Source of the DNA: Euryarchaeota archaeon UBA182
GTDB lineage: Archaea; Thermoplasmatota; Poseidoniia; Poseidoniales; Thalassarchaeaceae
DNA: 64,000 nt
Direction: 5' to 3'
Assembly: GCA_002495675.1 (NCBI GenBank)
Contig: DAGH01000025.1
Span: 14,258 to 78,257, forward strand
Both the position numbers and the translations under genes were made by a program. This document shows, piece by piece, positions 47,880-56,890 of the stretch; position 1 is the first letter of the stretch, and each line of letters begins with the position of its first letter. Under the pieces are notes generated by a model. It was not told the origin of the DNA, searched no databases, and was given only the letters and a program-made list of their open reading frames with translations.

Positions 47880-50800
47880 GTCAATTCTCCGGAATACTCT
47901 GCCAGGCCGGGACGTTGATCATCGCTCAAGTCTCTGAGTTTTTTCATTTTGAGCCCGTCGATCCTCATAATCGGGGAGCCATCCAGTCTGATTACGGACT
48001 CATGCACGAAGGTACCGTTGGGATCGGATCCCTTCCTAACCGAAGTTACGGTCAAGGAACCCTCGGGAATTTCACCTGCGATTAGAATACGCTTGGCTCC
48101 GACAGGGAGGGATTCCGCCGAATCCAGATCCATCGATGTGAGCCCTGCTGCCTGGAAGCAGGACTCGATCAACATGGGATAGGACGTCAAATCGGGGATG
48201 ATTCCTTTTCCTCGAATATTGAATAGTCGAGGATCCGGAAGATCCTGTATGGAGTTCACCCTGGCCTCGATGCCAGTGCCTGAAGTGGTTTCGATGGTCG
48301 CGACGACTCCCTTTAGTGGTTGGAACCTAGGGCCATGGAACATCAAGCCATAGATGTCCACAGCACCGAGAATCCGTGATCCGTCCTCGTCGGTGGTTAT
48401 CAGATCGTCAATTTTCTCCTGCGGATTCTTTGAGGCAAGAGCGATTATCGCCGTGTGATGCACAATGGGTTCTGCCATACCACCGGGGGCTTCCGAGACT
48501 ATCCTGCAACTGTATGCCTCGGCCCAGTCTCCCTCGATTGCCTCCACTATGCAACGAATCTCTTTGTGGGACTTTGTCAACTTAACTGGCAGGCCAAATT
48601 CAACGTCTTCGAATGAGGATATTCTGTTTCCACTGGTGATGCAAGATTGAACTGTCTCCGCCATCATCTCCAATGCCATGACCCCGGGTAGGTACGGTAC
48701 GCCTGAAATCGAATGATCCATGAGGTAACTGTGTGATTCAAGATCTAATCTGACTGCAGAAACAGCGCCCTTCCCGTGTTCACAGTATGTGATCACATCA
48801 ATCATTGGATGCCTTGAGGCTGTGCCGTACTCACTGGAGAAACCCGGAGGGAGCACGACGCCTGCCATCCTAACGGACTTGTTCTGGTCGAGAATTCCGA
48901 GATTTCCTGAGATCAGGACTGATTCACCTCCTTGGGTGAGAACCTCGTCCGTAAACATCCTAGCACCAGTCTCCAGGGGTATCATGTCCACCTCGGCCAT
49001 TTGGAAAACTGTCTCCAAGGAACCCCTAGTTGCCATCCCTGCGCCTGACCATGGAGCCCACGCAATCGAGATCGACGTGAGGCCACCCTTGTTGATTCTC
49101 GAGTGCTCAGCGTCCAGTATTCTATTTGCGGCACAGTATCCGAGTTGGGTGGCGTTCCCAAGCCTGCCGGAGACCGATGTGAAAGAGCAGGCAAATCTCA
49201 GGTCTTGATTTGCTTCTTTGAGGGAATTGTAAATTTCCCTCCACCCTGACACCTTTACGTCGAGGACCTGATTGACTGTTGCCTCAGATTTTGACTCAAA
49301 GGGAGTCGAGTCCTCGATCCCCGCTCCATGAATTACTCCTGTGATTCTGCCGTGTTTTGAAATTACTTCATCGACAACGGCTCTGACCCTCTCGCTGGAC
49401 GTCACATCTACCTGGAAATACTCTGCCGTGGCTCCTTTGGAGTTGAGTCTGGCGAGGTTTTTGTGTATGTCCACGCCACGCAATACTTTCTGCCAAGCGT
49501 CATTCCACTCTCTCAGGGTGACTTTGCCATCGTCCCTGCCGGACTCCATAGCCAACTTTAGCTTCAGTTTCTCATTCTCGAGATCCTGATCGGACATGGC
49601 AGACATTTTTTCCAACTTGGGGTCGAGTGTTGTTCGGCCGAGTAGTATGAACGTGGGAGGGCCCGATGGGCTCCTACCAGCGATATCCACCATGCATTCC
49701 GAGGTCACACCCGATGCTCCACCACTGACCAGCCATATCTCGTCTCCGGGAAATTCCCCGGCCATCTCCTGTGCCTCTGCTCTCTTGAGGGTCAGCCTAT
49801 GCCTAGCACCGCCGTCGCCTATGCCGACTTCTATCGGGCCATCTTTCCTTGAAATCTCTTTCATTATCGAGGTTATGAGGGTATCCTCATCGTCCATGAG
49901 CCCTGGATGTATGTCAATGGCGAGGACGTCCAATTCCGGCCTCTCGCAGCCGAAGCTCATGACTGCCCCGTGGATTCCAGCGACGGATGAATTGTAATCA
50001 CCCCCCTCAATACCATGGGAGCCGTCCATCGAGGTCACCGTTGCTATCCTTCGAACGGCCCCCCTTGGAAGGCTGTCTACTTTCTTCAACAGGTTGTAGG
50101 TCTCAATCGTCCAGTGATTTGGAGACGGATCGGTGTAGAGAGATCCCTCAGCCCCGAGGGAGGACATTTGTACAATGCAGGCGTCTCGAATTTCCTCGTC
50201 TGATAGGCTATCCTCCTCGATGATCCGCGCTTCGCCCCCCATTCTGGTTATTCGTGCAACCAACGAATCTGAGAGTCCAAGTGGGTCTCTTGTGACCAAT
50301 ACCAATCGTGGGAGCTGGTGGATTTCGATATCTCCCATCGCCTCTGTGACAACCACATGTCTGAATATCGGTGCGGGTGGATTTTCCTCTTCCTGGGGTT
50401 CTCTTGATTCTCCACTCTTTGGCGGTGAGTCTGTCGATCCTGCGACATAGTTTGCTACGTGCCCCAGCGTCGGGTAATCCCTGATCTGGAAGTCCTCATC
50501 CAATTCTAAGTTGAATTGTGCCCTGATGTCAGACATTATCTCCGCCTGTTTGATCGAGTCTATTCCGAGCTCGCCCTCCATGTCTGCGTCGGTCTCAAGG
50601 AATTCAACGGGGTATCCCGTGTGTTGTGCTACGATCGGGAGTATCGATGAGAGGATTTCGTCATTAGGGGCTCCATACTCGACCTGGGGTTGCATCTCCA
50701 TCTTCTTGCCCTCCGACTCTCCCGCTGATTGGTCGAACTCTTCCAACGGCCTCCTGCTTTCGTTCGAATCGGTGAATGAGCCGATGTATCTGATCACGTG

Positions 50801-53800
50801 GCCGATCGTTGGGTGGTCCCTGAGTTGGAAACTCTCATCGAGCGGGAGCGAGTATCGATCACGGATCTCAGACATTATCTCCGCCTGTTTAATCGAGTCA
50901 ATTCCGAGTTCGCCCTCCATGTCCGCGTCGAACTCGATGAATTCCTCTGGGTAGCCAGTCGATTCAGAGACTATCTCAAGCACCCCCCTACTGACGTCAT
51001 CAGTGGAAATTAATGGGGGTGAGGGAGTTGGCCTAGTCGGTTTCTCAGGGCTAATTGCCCCATTCTTTTCCACTGGAATTGATCCTGTTGAGTCGTTGGG
51101 GAGGGTTTGAGCGTGATCCTTCAAAGGGGCAGTTGACTTCATCCTCGGCGGATCATACAACTCTCCGACGACCCCCCCGACCAGATCATCGTCAGCATCG
51201 ACGTAGGCAACGAGCTTCCGGTGCAATACCCTCAGGCTAACATCTTTACCCCTGCTGGCCCTCAAAGCCCATTGAGTTATCCTGTCGGGGTCGAATCTCT
51301 CTGTGTCTGATACCGCGATCTTCCTCAGGAATGTCAGGGCAATCTGGCTACCGAAACCTGCACCGTGCCTGAGGGCGAGATCGATATCCTTCGGCCCTCC
51401 CTTCGATATATTGAGGGTGCCGAGGTCTTCGTCTTCAACCTCGTAGTTCGCGACCGGCGGGAAGATTCCCGCAGCAAGGCTCCTGATTACCACAGCGTCC
51501 TCCAATCCCACGCCCATTGGATGGCCAGTGTACCCCTTCGCGTTCGTAATGAGGATCTCCTGGGCCTTGTTCCCGAAGACGTGGCGGAGAGCGCTGACTT
51601 CTGCTGATGCAGAACCGCCCCGAGGCGGGGTATAGGGCTCATGTGACATGAATGTCATTCTATCGGCCATCTCACTTCTGCCGATCTTCCATTTGCGTTC
51701 CATGCGACCAACGAATGACTCCATGACCGAGGCTGCATGGTCCGTGTCGAGCCTCGTTGGGTGGAATGCGCTGTTGGCGATCTCCGCGCCGAGGACCTCG
51801 ACATATGGGGTGACTCCCCGCTCTCTGGCGTCTCCCTGCCTCTCGAGTACGAAGCCCGCGCCCCCCATTCCTAGAAGCATCCCGTGTCTACGTGCATCGA
51901 AAGGCAGGGCGACCTGCGTGACATCGTCGCCCATCGCATGGGCTCCTGCCCCAGAGAAACCAGCACCTACCCAGGGCATCAGGGTGTCGGATGTCGAGTC
52001 GTCACCACTGACGATAATTACTCTATCACATCTTCCTCTTGCCATCCAGTCCTCTGCTATTGCAAATGCGGCCGGGGTAGAGGCGCAGGCGTTGTTGATC
52101 GCGAGATTTGGCCCTCTGGCCCCTATCCATGAAGCAAATTGACTATGCCCCATTGATAGGACCTGGAGCAGGTACTTCCTGTCGAATTGATCATATTCTG
52201 GCGATTTCCTGCGTAGTACGTGTTCTATCGCCTTCTCCAACCCTGGGAATACGGAGGCGAAGATCACGCCTGTTCTGTCCTTTTCATGCTCGGGAAGGTT
52301 CCACCCCCGGATGACACGCAGGCCACTGCTGTTGGACTGTTCTACTGGCAATAATGGTAATCCTGCGTCCTTGAGGGCCTCCAAGCCAGAGGCAAATGCC
52401 AATGAGGTCGCAATGTCGAAAGCCTCGACCAGTTTCTTGTCGATCCCATATTGCTCCGTAAGGTCAAACCTTCCACCGATTCCTGCCAATTGTGGAACTT
52501 TCTCGAAAGCATCAGCAGGCACCAGCCTGGATGTTCCATCCTCACTCTTAACCAATCGAACGATTTTTTGGTCTACGAGTTTCTGTTTCATATCATTGGA
52601 AATCTCAGAGATGAGGTTCCTGCCCTCCAAGATGGCCTCCCAAACACCGTCATCGAAAACTTCGTCCATGCCAGGAACCCCGAGTGAAATCCCGCTTACG
52701 ACAGGAGGCTCTGGGTTCGCATCGGGGGTATTGGAGCGATTTTCAGGTTCGATTGAGATTGCCTGTACTATGTCTGCGACAGTAGAGAATGAGCCGGGGC
52801 CTGATATGGAAACTAGGTCTGGATGGCCTACCTCATCGAGAACGTACCGTATTCTTGATTCGTCGACTCCTATCTCGTCAAGGCTGACGTTTCCAGTCAA
52901 GACGGAGCTTGGATAACCTGTTATTTTGGCCAATATGTCTGAGACAATCCTCTCTGATTGGATCGACTCGGGCATGGGGCGAACAAGGCGAGTATTTCCA
53001 TGGGGGCTCGCAGGGGAGGGGTTCGACGGCAATGGTCTTGATCTCGTTCTGAGTGCCTCGAGATTCTCAGAAACAGAGGCGAGATCGGTGTCGTTTGGGG
53101 GTTCCATAAACTCAGGTGAGAGCAGCCCTTTGCCCCATTCATCGATAATCGGCATCTTCCCATTGATCGCCAGAAACGCGATTGAATCGAGGAAAGTGGC
53201 AATGCCGCCGACTTTGGGGTGATTTGTTGATGATGTCTTCGCGTCGCCCCCAAGAATGGCAGCAACGGTTGAAGACAGAGCTCGTTTAGGGCCCACTTCG
53301 AGGAAGATACGGGCTCCTGCACCATACATCGTCTCGACTTGATCGATCCAGTTGACGGGCGATGACATCTGTGGAGCCAACTTTTCCAGTATCGATTCCC
53401 TCGGGTTGTCAGAATGCATGGGATAGAATGAGCCATCGACGTTCGCAGTGACCGGGATTGTCGGTAGGGAGATGTCGATTGATTCTAGGAATCGACGAAG
53501 AGGGGCATTGGCCGGCGAAACAATGTCTGTGTGGAATGCATGGCTCGTCTGAAGTGGGATCACAGTGGCTCCCAGATCCGATAAAATGTGAATCGCGGAT
53601 TGTACTGCATCGGTCTCGCCGGCAATGACCGTCGAGACAGGACTGTTCCTGTTCGCCGCGATGACATAACCATCTACCGACCGAAGCGCCTCCTCGACCT
53701 TACTGGCTGGGGCTCCAACCGCGGCCATGAGGCCCTTGTCAGGTACCTCCACGGAGCCCATCTCAGTTCCACGGGCTGCCGCAGCGCTCATTGCATCTCT

Positions 53801-56002
53801 GAAACTGAGGATGCCCGAGACCATCAGTGCTGCGTATTCGCCAAGGCTGTGTCCTGCGACCATATCAGGGAAGATTTCATGATCAGCCAAGAGACGGTCA
53901 ATGGCTAGGTCCGCAGTTAGCATGGCCGGTTGTGTGAACTCTGTTTGGGTTAGCCTGGATTGAGCCTCTTCCATATCTGCTCCAATGAGATTGTTGTTCA
54001 GTACAATTCCAGACAAAGGCTCTCCAATGATCGGAGTCATGATGCCGTCGGCCTCCCTCCAGGTGGATGCCACAACATGGTACCTCTGTGCCAGATCAAG
54101 AGTCATGCCGAGGTATTGGCTGCCTTGGCCGGGGTACATGTGTGCTAATTTGGCGTTGGGGTCCAGAGGTGCATCTTCGATGTGTATCTGTTGACTTTTT
54201 AGGAATGAGTGCCTCCCCGAATCGGTAATTCCTTCCATAGCCAAGGCTATTCTCTTCTCTAATTGGGGCCAACTGGTCGCAACTATGGAGAGCCTGATAC
54301 CCTCGGGTTTGAAACCCAAGGAGGACAGGGGGAGGGCCCTTGAGAGTCTCTTTCCAGTGGGGTGGTCATCGAAGGTCGGGGTTCCGTCGAACAGTTCTTC
54401 GGAGATTTCACCTAGTCTCTCGAGGAGCGCTTCCTCGGAGTTCCCGTTGACGAGTAATACTCCGCCTTCTAATGCCTTGAGGTGCGCCCAACTGAGTGAT
54501 GTCGGTCGATGGGCATCGCCTCCCTCTCTATGGTGGTGTCTTCTCGACCTCCACTTTGCTGAGAGTTTCGAGTGTTTTTCGGGATGGTATTGCTCGAGGG
54601 CGACGTGGAAATTCGTACCCCCGAATCCAAACGCGCTCACCCCTGCTCTGCGTGGATTGTCAGTTGGCTGGGGCCAATCCCCTGCCACAGTGGGGACATA
54701 GAATGGTACCTCCGACCATGGGACGGTTTCATTCGGCTGTTCAAATCCTGCCGAGGGCGGTATCGTTCGATGATGAAGGGACAACGCTACTTTGAGTATG
54801 CCCGCCAAACCTGCAGCAGCCTTCAGGTGCCCAATCTGTGACTTAATTGACCCCACGGCAACGGTCCCTGGCATGTTGGACTGGCCATACACGGAGGATA
54901 GTGACGCCAACTCGGTGGCATCACCGACGGATGTGCTGGTTCCATGGGCCTCTATCAGTTCCACGCTGGATACAGGATACCCTGCTTGACTGTATGCATT
55001 TGAGATTGCTAGGACCTGTCCGCCTTGACTTGGTGCGGTAATCCCCTTTCCACGGCCATCGCTGCTGGCGCCTATCCCTCTGATCACGGAGTATACCTTG
55101 TCGCCTGCCTTGATAGCATCATTCAGTCTCTTCAAGACCAACGCACCTGCGCCCTCCCCCATAACGAAGCCATCGGCTCTCCGGTCAAATGGCACCGACC
55201 TTGTCGCTGATAATGCCCCAATCGCGCTGAATTTCGCAAAAGTAGCAGGGTCCATTGTTCGATCTGCGGCTCCTGCCACCATGACGTCTACTTGGCCACT
55301 GTGTAGCAGGTGACAGGCATCCATGACGGCTGCCATCGCCGAGGCGCAGGCGGCGTCAGTGGTGAAATTAGGGCCCCTTAGGTCTAGCATGTTCGCTACC
55401 CTCCCAGCCACAACGTTGGCTAGCTCGCCGGGCATGGTGTCCTCGTCTACCCTTGGTGCCCCATCAAGCAATGAAGTCTTGAACCTAGAAAAGGCGTCAT
55501 CTGATATTCCGGCTTCCTTTGCGTGCCTTTGGTACCTGTCGATCAGCACCCTCTCTGTTGACCGTGTTCGGTTCTCGCCCCCCAGCGCATTTGCGAAGAC
55601 GACTCCAGTCTTCTCTCTAGGTAAATTCGAAGTAGCGCCATCACCGAGGTATCCAGCATCCTCCAACGCAGCGGCGGACACACTCACGGCCCATTGTTGA
55701 CAAAGGTCGATCTGCGGCAGGGATCCAGGGGGTATCCTCCATCTCTTCCAGTCAAACTCGTATTCGTCAACCCAAGCTCCAATCTTGCTGTAGGTCTTGC
55801 CCTCGGAGATGTTCTTTGGTCCACCTGCCTCCCAGTGATCTCCTGACCTCCAACGATCTTTTGGGAGATTTCGTATTGATACTTCGCCCGAGATCACATT
55901 CTTCCAGAAGGTAGAGACGTCTGGCGCGTCTGGCAGGATTGCTCCGAGCCCGACAATCGCAATCGGCTCGAAAGTTCCAATTTCATCTTTGGAATTGGCC
56001 AT
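47876..56002 (-). CDS. type I polyketide / PUFA-synthase-like secondary-lipid synthase: KS - malonyl-AT - (degenerate ACP-like) - FabF-like KS - ACP - ACP - KR - PKS-type DH
   Basis: Uninterrupted 2708-aa ORF with six motif sets. KS1: DAACASAMAAV (Cys), EAHGTSTSVGD, GSIKSQIGH. AT: YPGQGSQYLGM, VAGHSLGEYAAL, QTSHAFHT. KS2: AINNACAST, NSAFHPTRLD, KGYTGHPMGVGLEDAV. Two ACPs with ELGIDSIKQAEIMS. KR: WLVSGGASGVTSEC Rossmann and YCAANRILD. DH: HSYLMDHSISGVPYLPG. Confidence 0.9.
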   Translation of the reverse strand: MANSKDEIGTFEPIAIVGLGAILPDAPDVSTFWKNVISGEVSIRNLPKDRWRSGDHWEAGGPKNISEGKTYSKIGAWVDEYEFDWKRWRIPPGSLPQIDLCQQWAVSVSAAALEDAGYLGDGATSNLPREKTGVVFANALGGENRTRSTERVLIDRYQRHAKEAGISDDAFSRFKTSLLDGAPRVDEDTMPGELANVVAGRVANMLDLRGPNFTTDAACASAMAAVMDACHLLHSGQVDVMVAGAADRTMDPATFAKFSAIGALSATRSVPFDRRADGFVMGEGAGALVLKRLNDAIKAGDKVYSVIRGIGASSDGRGKGITAPSQGGQVLAISNAYSQAGYPVSSVELIEAHGTSTSVGDATELASLSSVYGQSNMPGTVAVGSIKSQIGHLKAAAGLAGILKVALSLHHRTIPPSAGFEQPNETVPWSEVPFYVPTVAGDWPQPTDNPRRAGVSAFGFGGTNFHVALEQYHPEKHSKLSAKWRSRRHHHREGGDAHRPTSLSWAHLKALEGGVLLVNGNSEEALLERLGEISEELFDGTPTFDDHPTGKRLSRALPLSSLGFKPEGIRLSIVATSWPQLEKRIALAMEGITDSGRHSFLKSQQIHIEDAPLDPNAKLAHMYPGQGSQYLGMTLDLAQRYHVVASTWREADGIMTPIIGEPLSGIVLNNNLIGADMEEAQSRLTQTEFTQPAMLTADLAIDRLLADHEIFPDMVAGHSLGEYAALMVSGILSFRDAMSAAAARGTEMGSVEVPDKGLMAAVGAPASKVEEALRSVDGYVIAANRNSPVSTVIAGETDAVQSAIHILSDLGATVIPLQTSHAFHTDIVSPANAPLRRFLESIDISLPTIPVTANVDGSFYPMHSDNPRESILEKLAPQMSSPVNWIDQVETMYGAGARIFLEVGPKRALSSTVAAILGGDAKTSSTNHPKVGGIATFLDSIAFLAINGKMPIIDEWGKGLLSPEFMEPPNDTDLASVSENLEALRTRSRPLPSNPSPASPHGNTRLVRPMPESIQSERIVSDILAKITGYPSSVLTGNVSLDEIGVDESRIRYVLDEVGHPDLVSISGPGSFSTVADIVQAISIEPENRSNTPDANPEPPVVSGISLGVPGMDEVFDDGVWEAILEGRNLISEISNDMKQKLVDQKIVRLVKSEDGTSRLVPADAFEKVPQLAGIGGRFDLTEQYGIDKKLVEAFDIATSLAFASGLEALKDAGLPLLPVEQSNSSGLRVIRGWNLPEHEKDRTGVIFASVFPGLEKAIEHVLRRKSPEYDQFDRKYLLQVLSMGHSQFASWIGARGPNLAINNACASTPAAFAIAEDWMARGRCDRVIIVSGDDSTSDTLMPWVGAGFSGAGAHAMGDDVTQVALPFDARRHGMLLGMGGAGFVLERQGDARERGVTPYVEVLGAEIANSAFHPTRLDTDHAASVMESFVGRMERKWKIGRSEMADRMTFMSHEPYTPPRGGSASAEVSALRHVFGNKAQEILITNAKGYTGHPMGVGLEDAVVIRSLAAGIFPPVANYEVEDEDLGTLNISKGGPKDIDLALRHGAGFGSQIALTFLRKIAVSDTERFDPDRITQWALRASRGKDVSLRVLHRKLVAYVDADDDLVGGVVGELYDPPRMKSTAPLKDHAQTLPNDSTGSIPVEKNGAISPEKPTRPTPSPPLISTDDVSRGVLEIVSESTGYPEEFIEFDADMEGELGIDSIKQAEIMSEIRDRYSLPLDESFQLRDHPTIGHVIRYIGSFTDSNESRRPLEEFDQSAGESEGKKMEMQPQVEYGAPNDEILSSILPIVAQHTGYPVEFLETDADMEGELGIDSIKQAEIMSDIRAQFNLELDEDFQIRDYPTLGHVANYVAGSTDSPPKSGESREPQEEENPPAPIFRHVVVTEAMGDIEIHQLPRLVLVTRDPLGLSDSLVARITRMGGEARIIEEDSLSDEEIRDACIVQMSSLGAEGSLYTDPSPNHWTIETYNLLKKVDSLPRGAVRRIATVTSMDGSHGIEGGDYNSSVAGIHGAVMSFGCERPELDVLAIDIHPGLMDDEDTLITSIMKEISRKDGPIEVGIGDGGARHRLTLKRAEAQEMAGEFPGDEIWLVSGGASGVTSECMVDIAGRSPSGPPTFILLGRTTLDPKLEKMSAMSDQDLENEKLKLKLAMESGRDDGKVTLREWNDAWQKVLRGVDIHKNLARLNSKGATAEYFQVDVTSSERVRAVVDEVISKHGRITGVIHGAGIEDSTPFESKSEATVNQVLDVKVSGWREIYNSLKEANQDLRFACSFTSVSGRLGNATQLGYCAANRILDAEHSRINKGGLTSISIAWAPWSGAGMATRGSLETVFQMAEVDMIPLETGARMFTDEVLTQGGESVLISGNLGILDQNKSVRMAGVVLPPGFSSEYGTASRHPMIDVITYCEHGKGAVSAVRLDLESHSYLMDHSISGVPYLPGVMALEMMAETVQSCITSGNRISSFEDVEFGLPVKLTKSHKEIRCIVEAIEGDWAEAYSCRIVSEAPGGMAEPIVHHTAIIALASKNPQEKIDDLITTDEDGSRILGAVDIYGLMFHGPRFQPLKGVVATIETTSGTGIEARVNSIQDLPDPRLFNIRGKGIIPDLTSYPMLIESCFQAAGLTSMDLDSAESLPVGAKRILIAGEIPEGSLTVTSVRKGSDPNGTFVHESVIRLDGSPIMRIDGLKMKKLRDLSDDQRPGLAEYSGELT
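50438..51010 (-). repeat. intragenic tandem duplication (~345-bp period) encoding the two ACP domains
   Basis: Plus-strand segments near 50523-50600 and 50868-50945 are almost identical (tcagacattatctccgcctgttt[g/a]atcgagtc[t/a]attccgag[c/t]tcgccctccatgtc[t/c]gcgtcg...). They translate to the repeated EGELGIDSIKQAEIMS[ED]IR blocks. Confidence 0.8.
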
Positions 56003-56009
56003 CTGAGTT

Positions 56010-56813
56010 TCACCTGTTCACATCTTCCGGTACCATGGTGGAACTGTATCCCCCGTCCACATGGATTACCTGGGCGGTGACTCCCGACGATAATGGACTG
56101 GCCAGCCATGTCGCTGCTCCTGCGACATCCATTTGGTCGACGTTCCTCCTGAGGGGGGAGTTCCTCTCGACGTGGTCCAAAATTCCCTCGAAGCCTGGGA
56201 TCCCAGATGCAGCCAAGGTTTTGATGGGGCCAGCACTGATGGCATTCACTCTATGTCCATCTGGCCCCAGTCTTGCAGCAATCTCGCGAACCCACGCCTC
56301 TAGGGCAGCCTTTGCTATGCTCATGAGGCCATAACTGGGGACGTGTCTCGTGCTCGCGGCATAGGTCAGTGTAATGGTGGAGGATTCGGGTGCCAGATGG
56401 GGAAGGCCGCTTCTGAGTATGGATTGAAGGCTATGAGCGCTGATTCTCAAAGCGGTATCAATCGGATCGCTGTCCACGAAGAGTAGGTTTCTGTCGAAGG
56501 CCTCCCTAGGAGCGAAGCCAATGGCATGGATCACGATGTTGGCCTTCTGACCCGGGGACTCCGCCTGCCATGATTTGTAGAAATTTGATATTGAGTCTGG
56601 CTTGTTTACATCGATAGGGTGTATCTGAGTGTTCTTTGGCAGAGTTGGGAGAAGCTGTTGAATCCTGCTTCTGAACCTAGGTTGGAACCCCAGCACAAGG
56701 TTGCAGCCTGCGGACGATAGGCTCTTGCAGATAGCATAGGCGATGCTCTCCTCAGAGGCCACACCAAACACCAGTGCTGTTTTACCATCGAGTTTCAGGA
56801 TGGTATCGCCCAT
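56010..56813 (-). CDS. fabI: enoyl-[acyl-carrier-protein] reductase, FabI type (SDR)
   Basis: KTALVFGVASEESIAYAI, IGFAP, catalytic Y-x6-K in SYGLMSIAKAAL, and the FabI signature RVNAISAGPIKTLAASGI. Ends 7 nt upstream of the PKS start. Confidence 0.85.
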   Translation of the reverse strand: MGDTILKLDGKTALVFGVASEESIAYAICKSLSSAGCNLVLGFQPRFRSRIQQLLPTLPKNTQIHPIDVNKPDSISNFYKSWQAESPGQKANIVIHAIGFAPREAFDRNLLFVDSDPIDTALRISAHSLQSILRSGLPHLAPESSTITLTYAASTRHVPSYGLMSIAKAALEAWVREIAARLGPDGHRVNAISAGPIKTLAASGIPGFEGILDHVERNSPLRRNVDQMDVAGAATWLASPLSSGVTAQVIHVDGGYSSTMVPEDVNR

Positions 56814-56890
56814 GGTAACTACCGTGATGATCTCCGGAGGCGGTGGTTCTTGACCGTTGGGCCTCGGTAGCGACGTTGAGATCAGATCAA

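Noticed and set aside
50511-50954. 147-aa plus-strand ORF with an internally repeated DIISACLIESIPSSPSMSAS segment
   Set aside because: It is the antisense reading of the duplicated ACP-coding repeat inside the PKS gene. The repetition is real, but the ORF is not.
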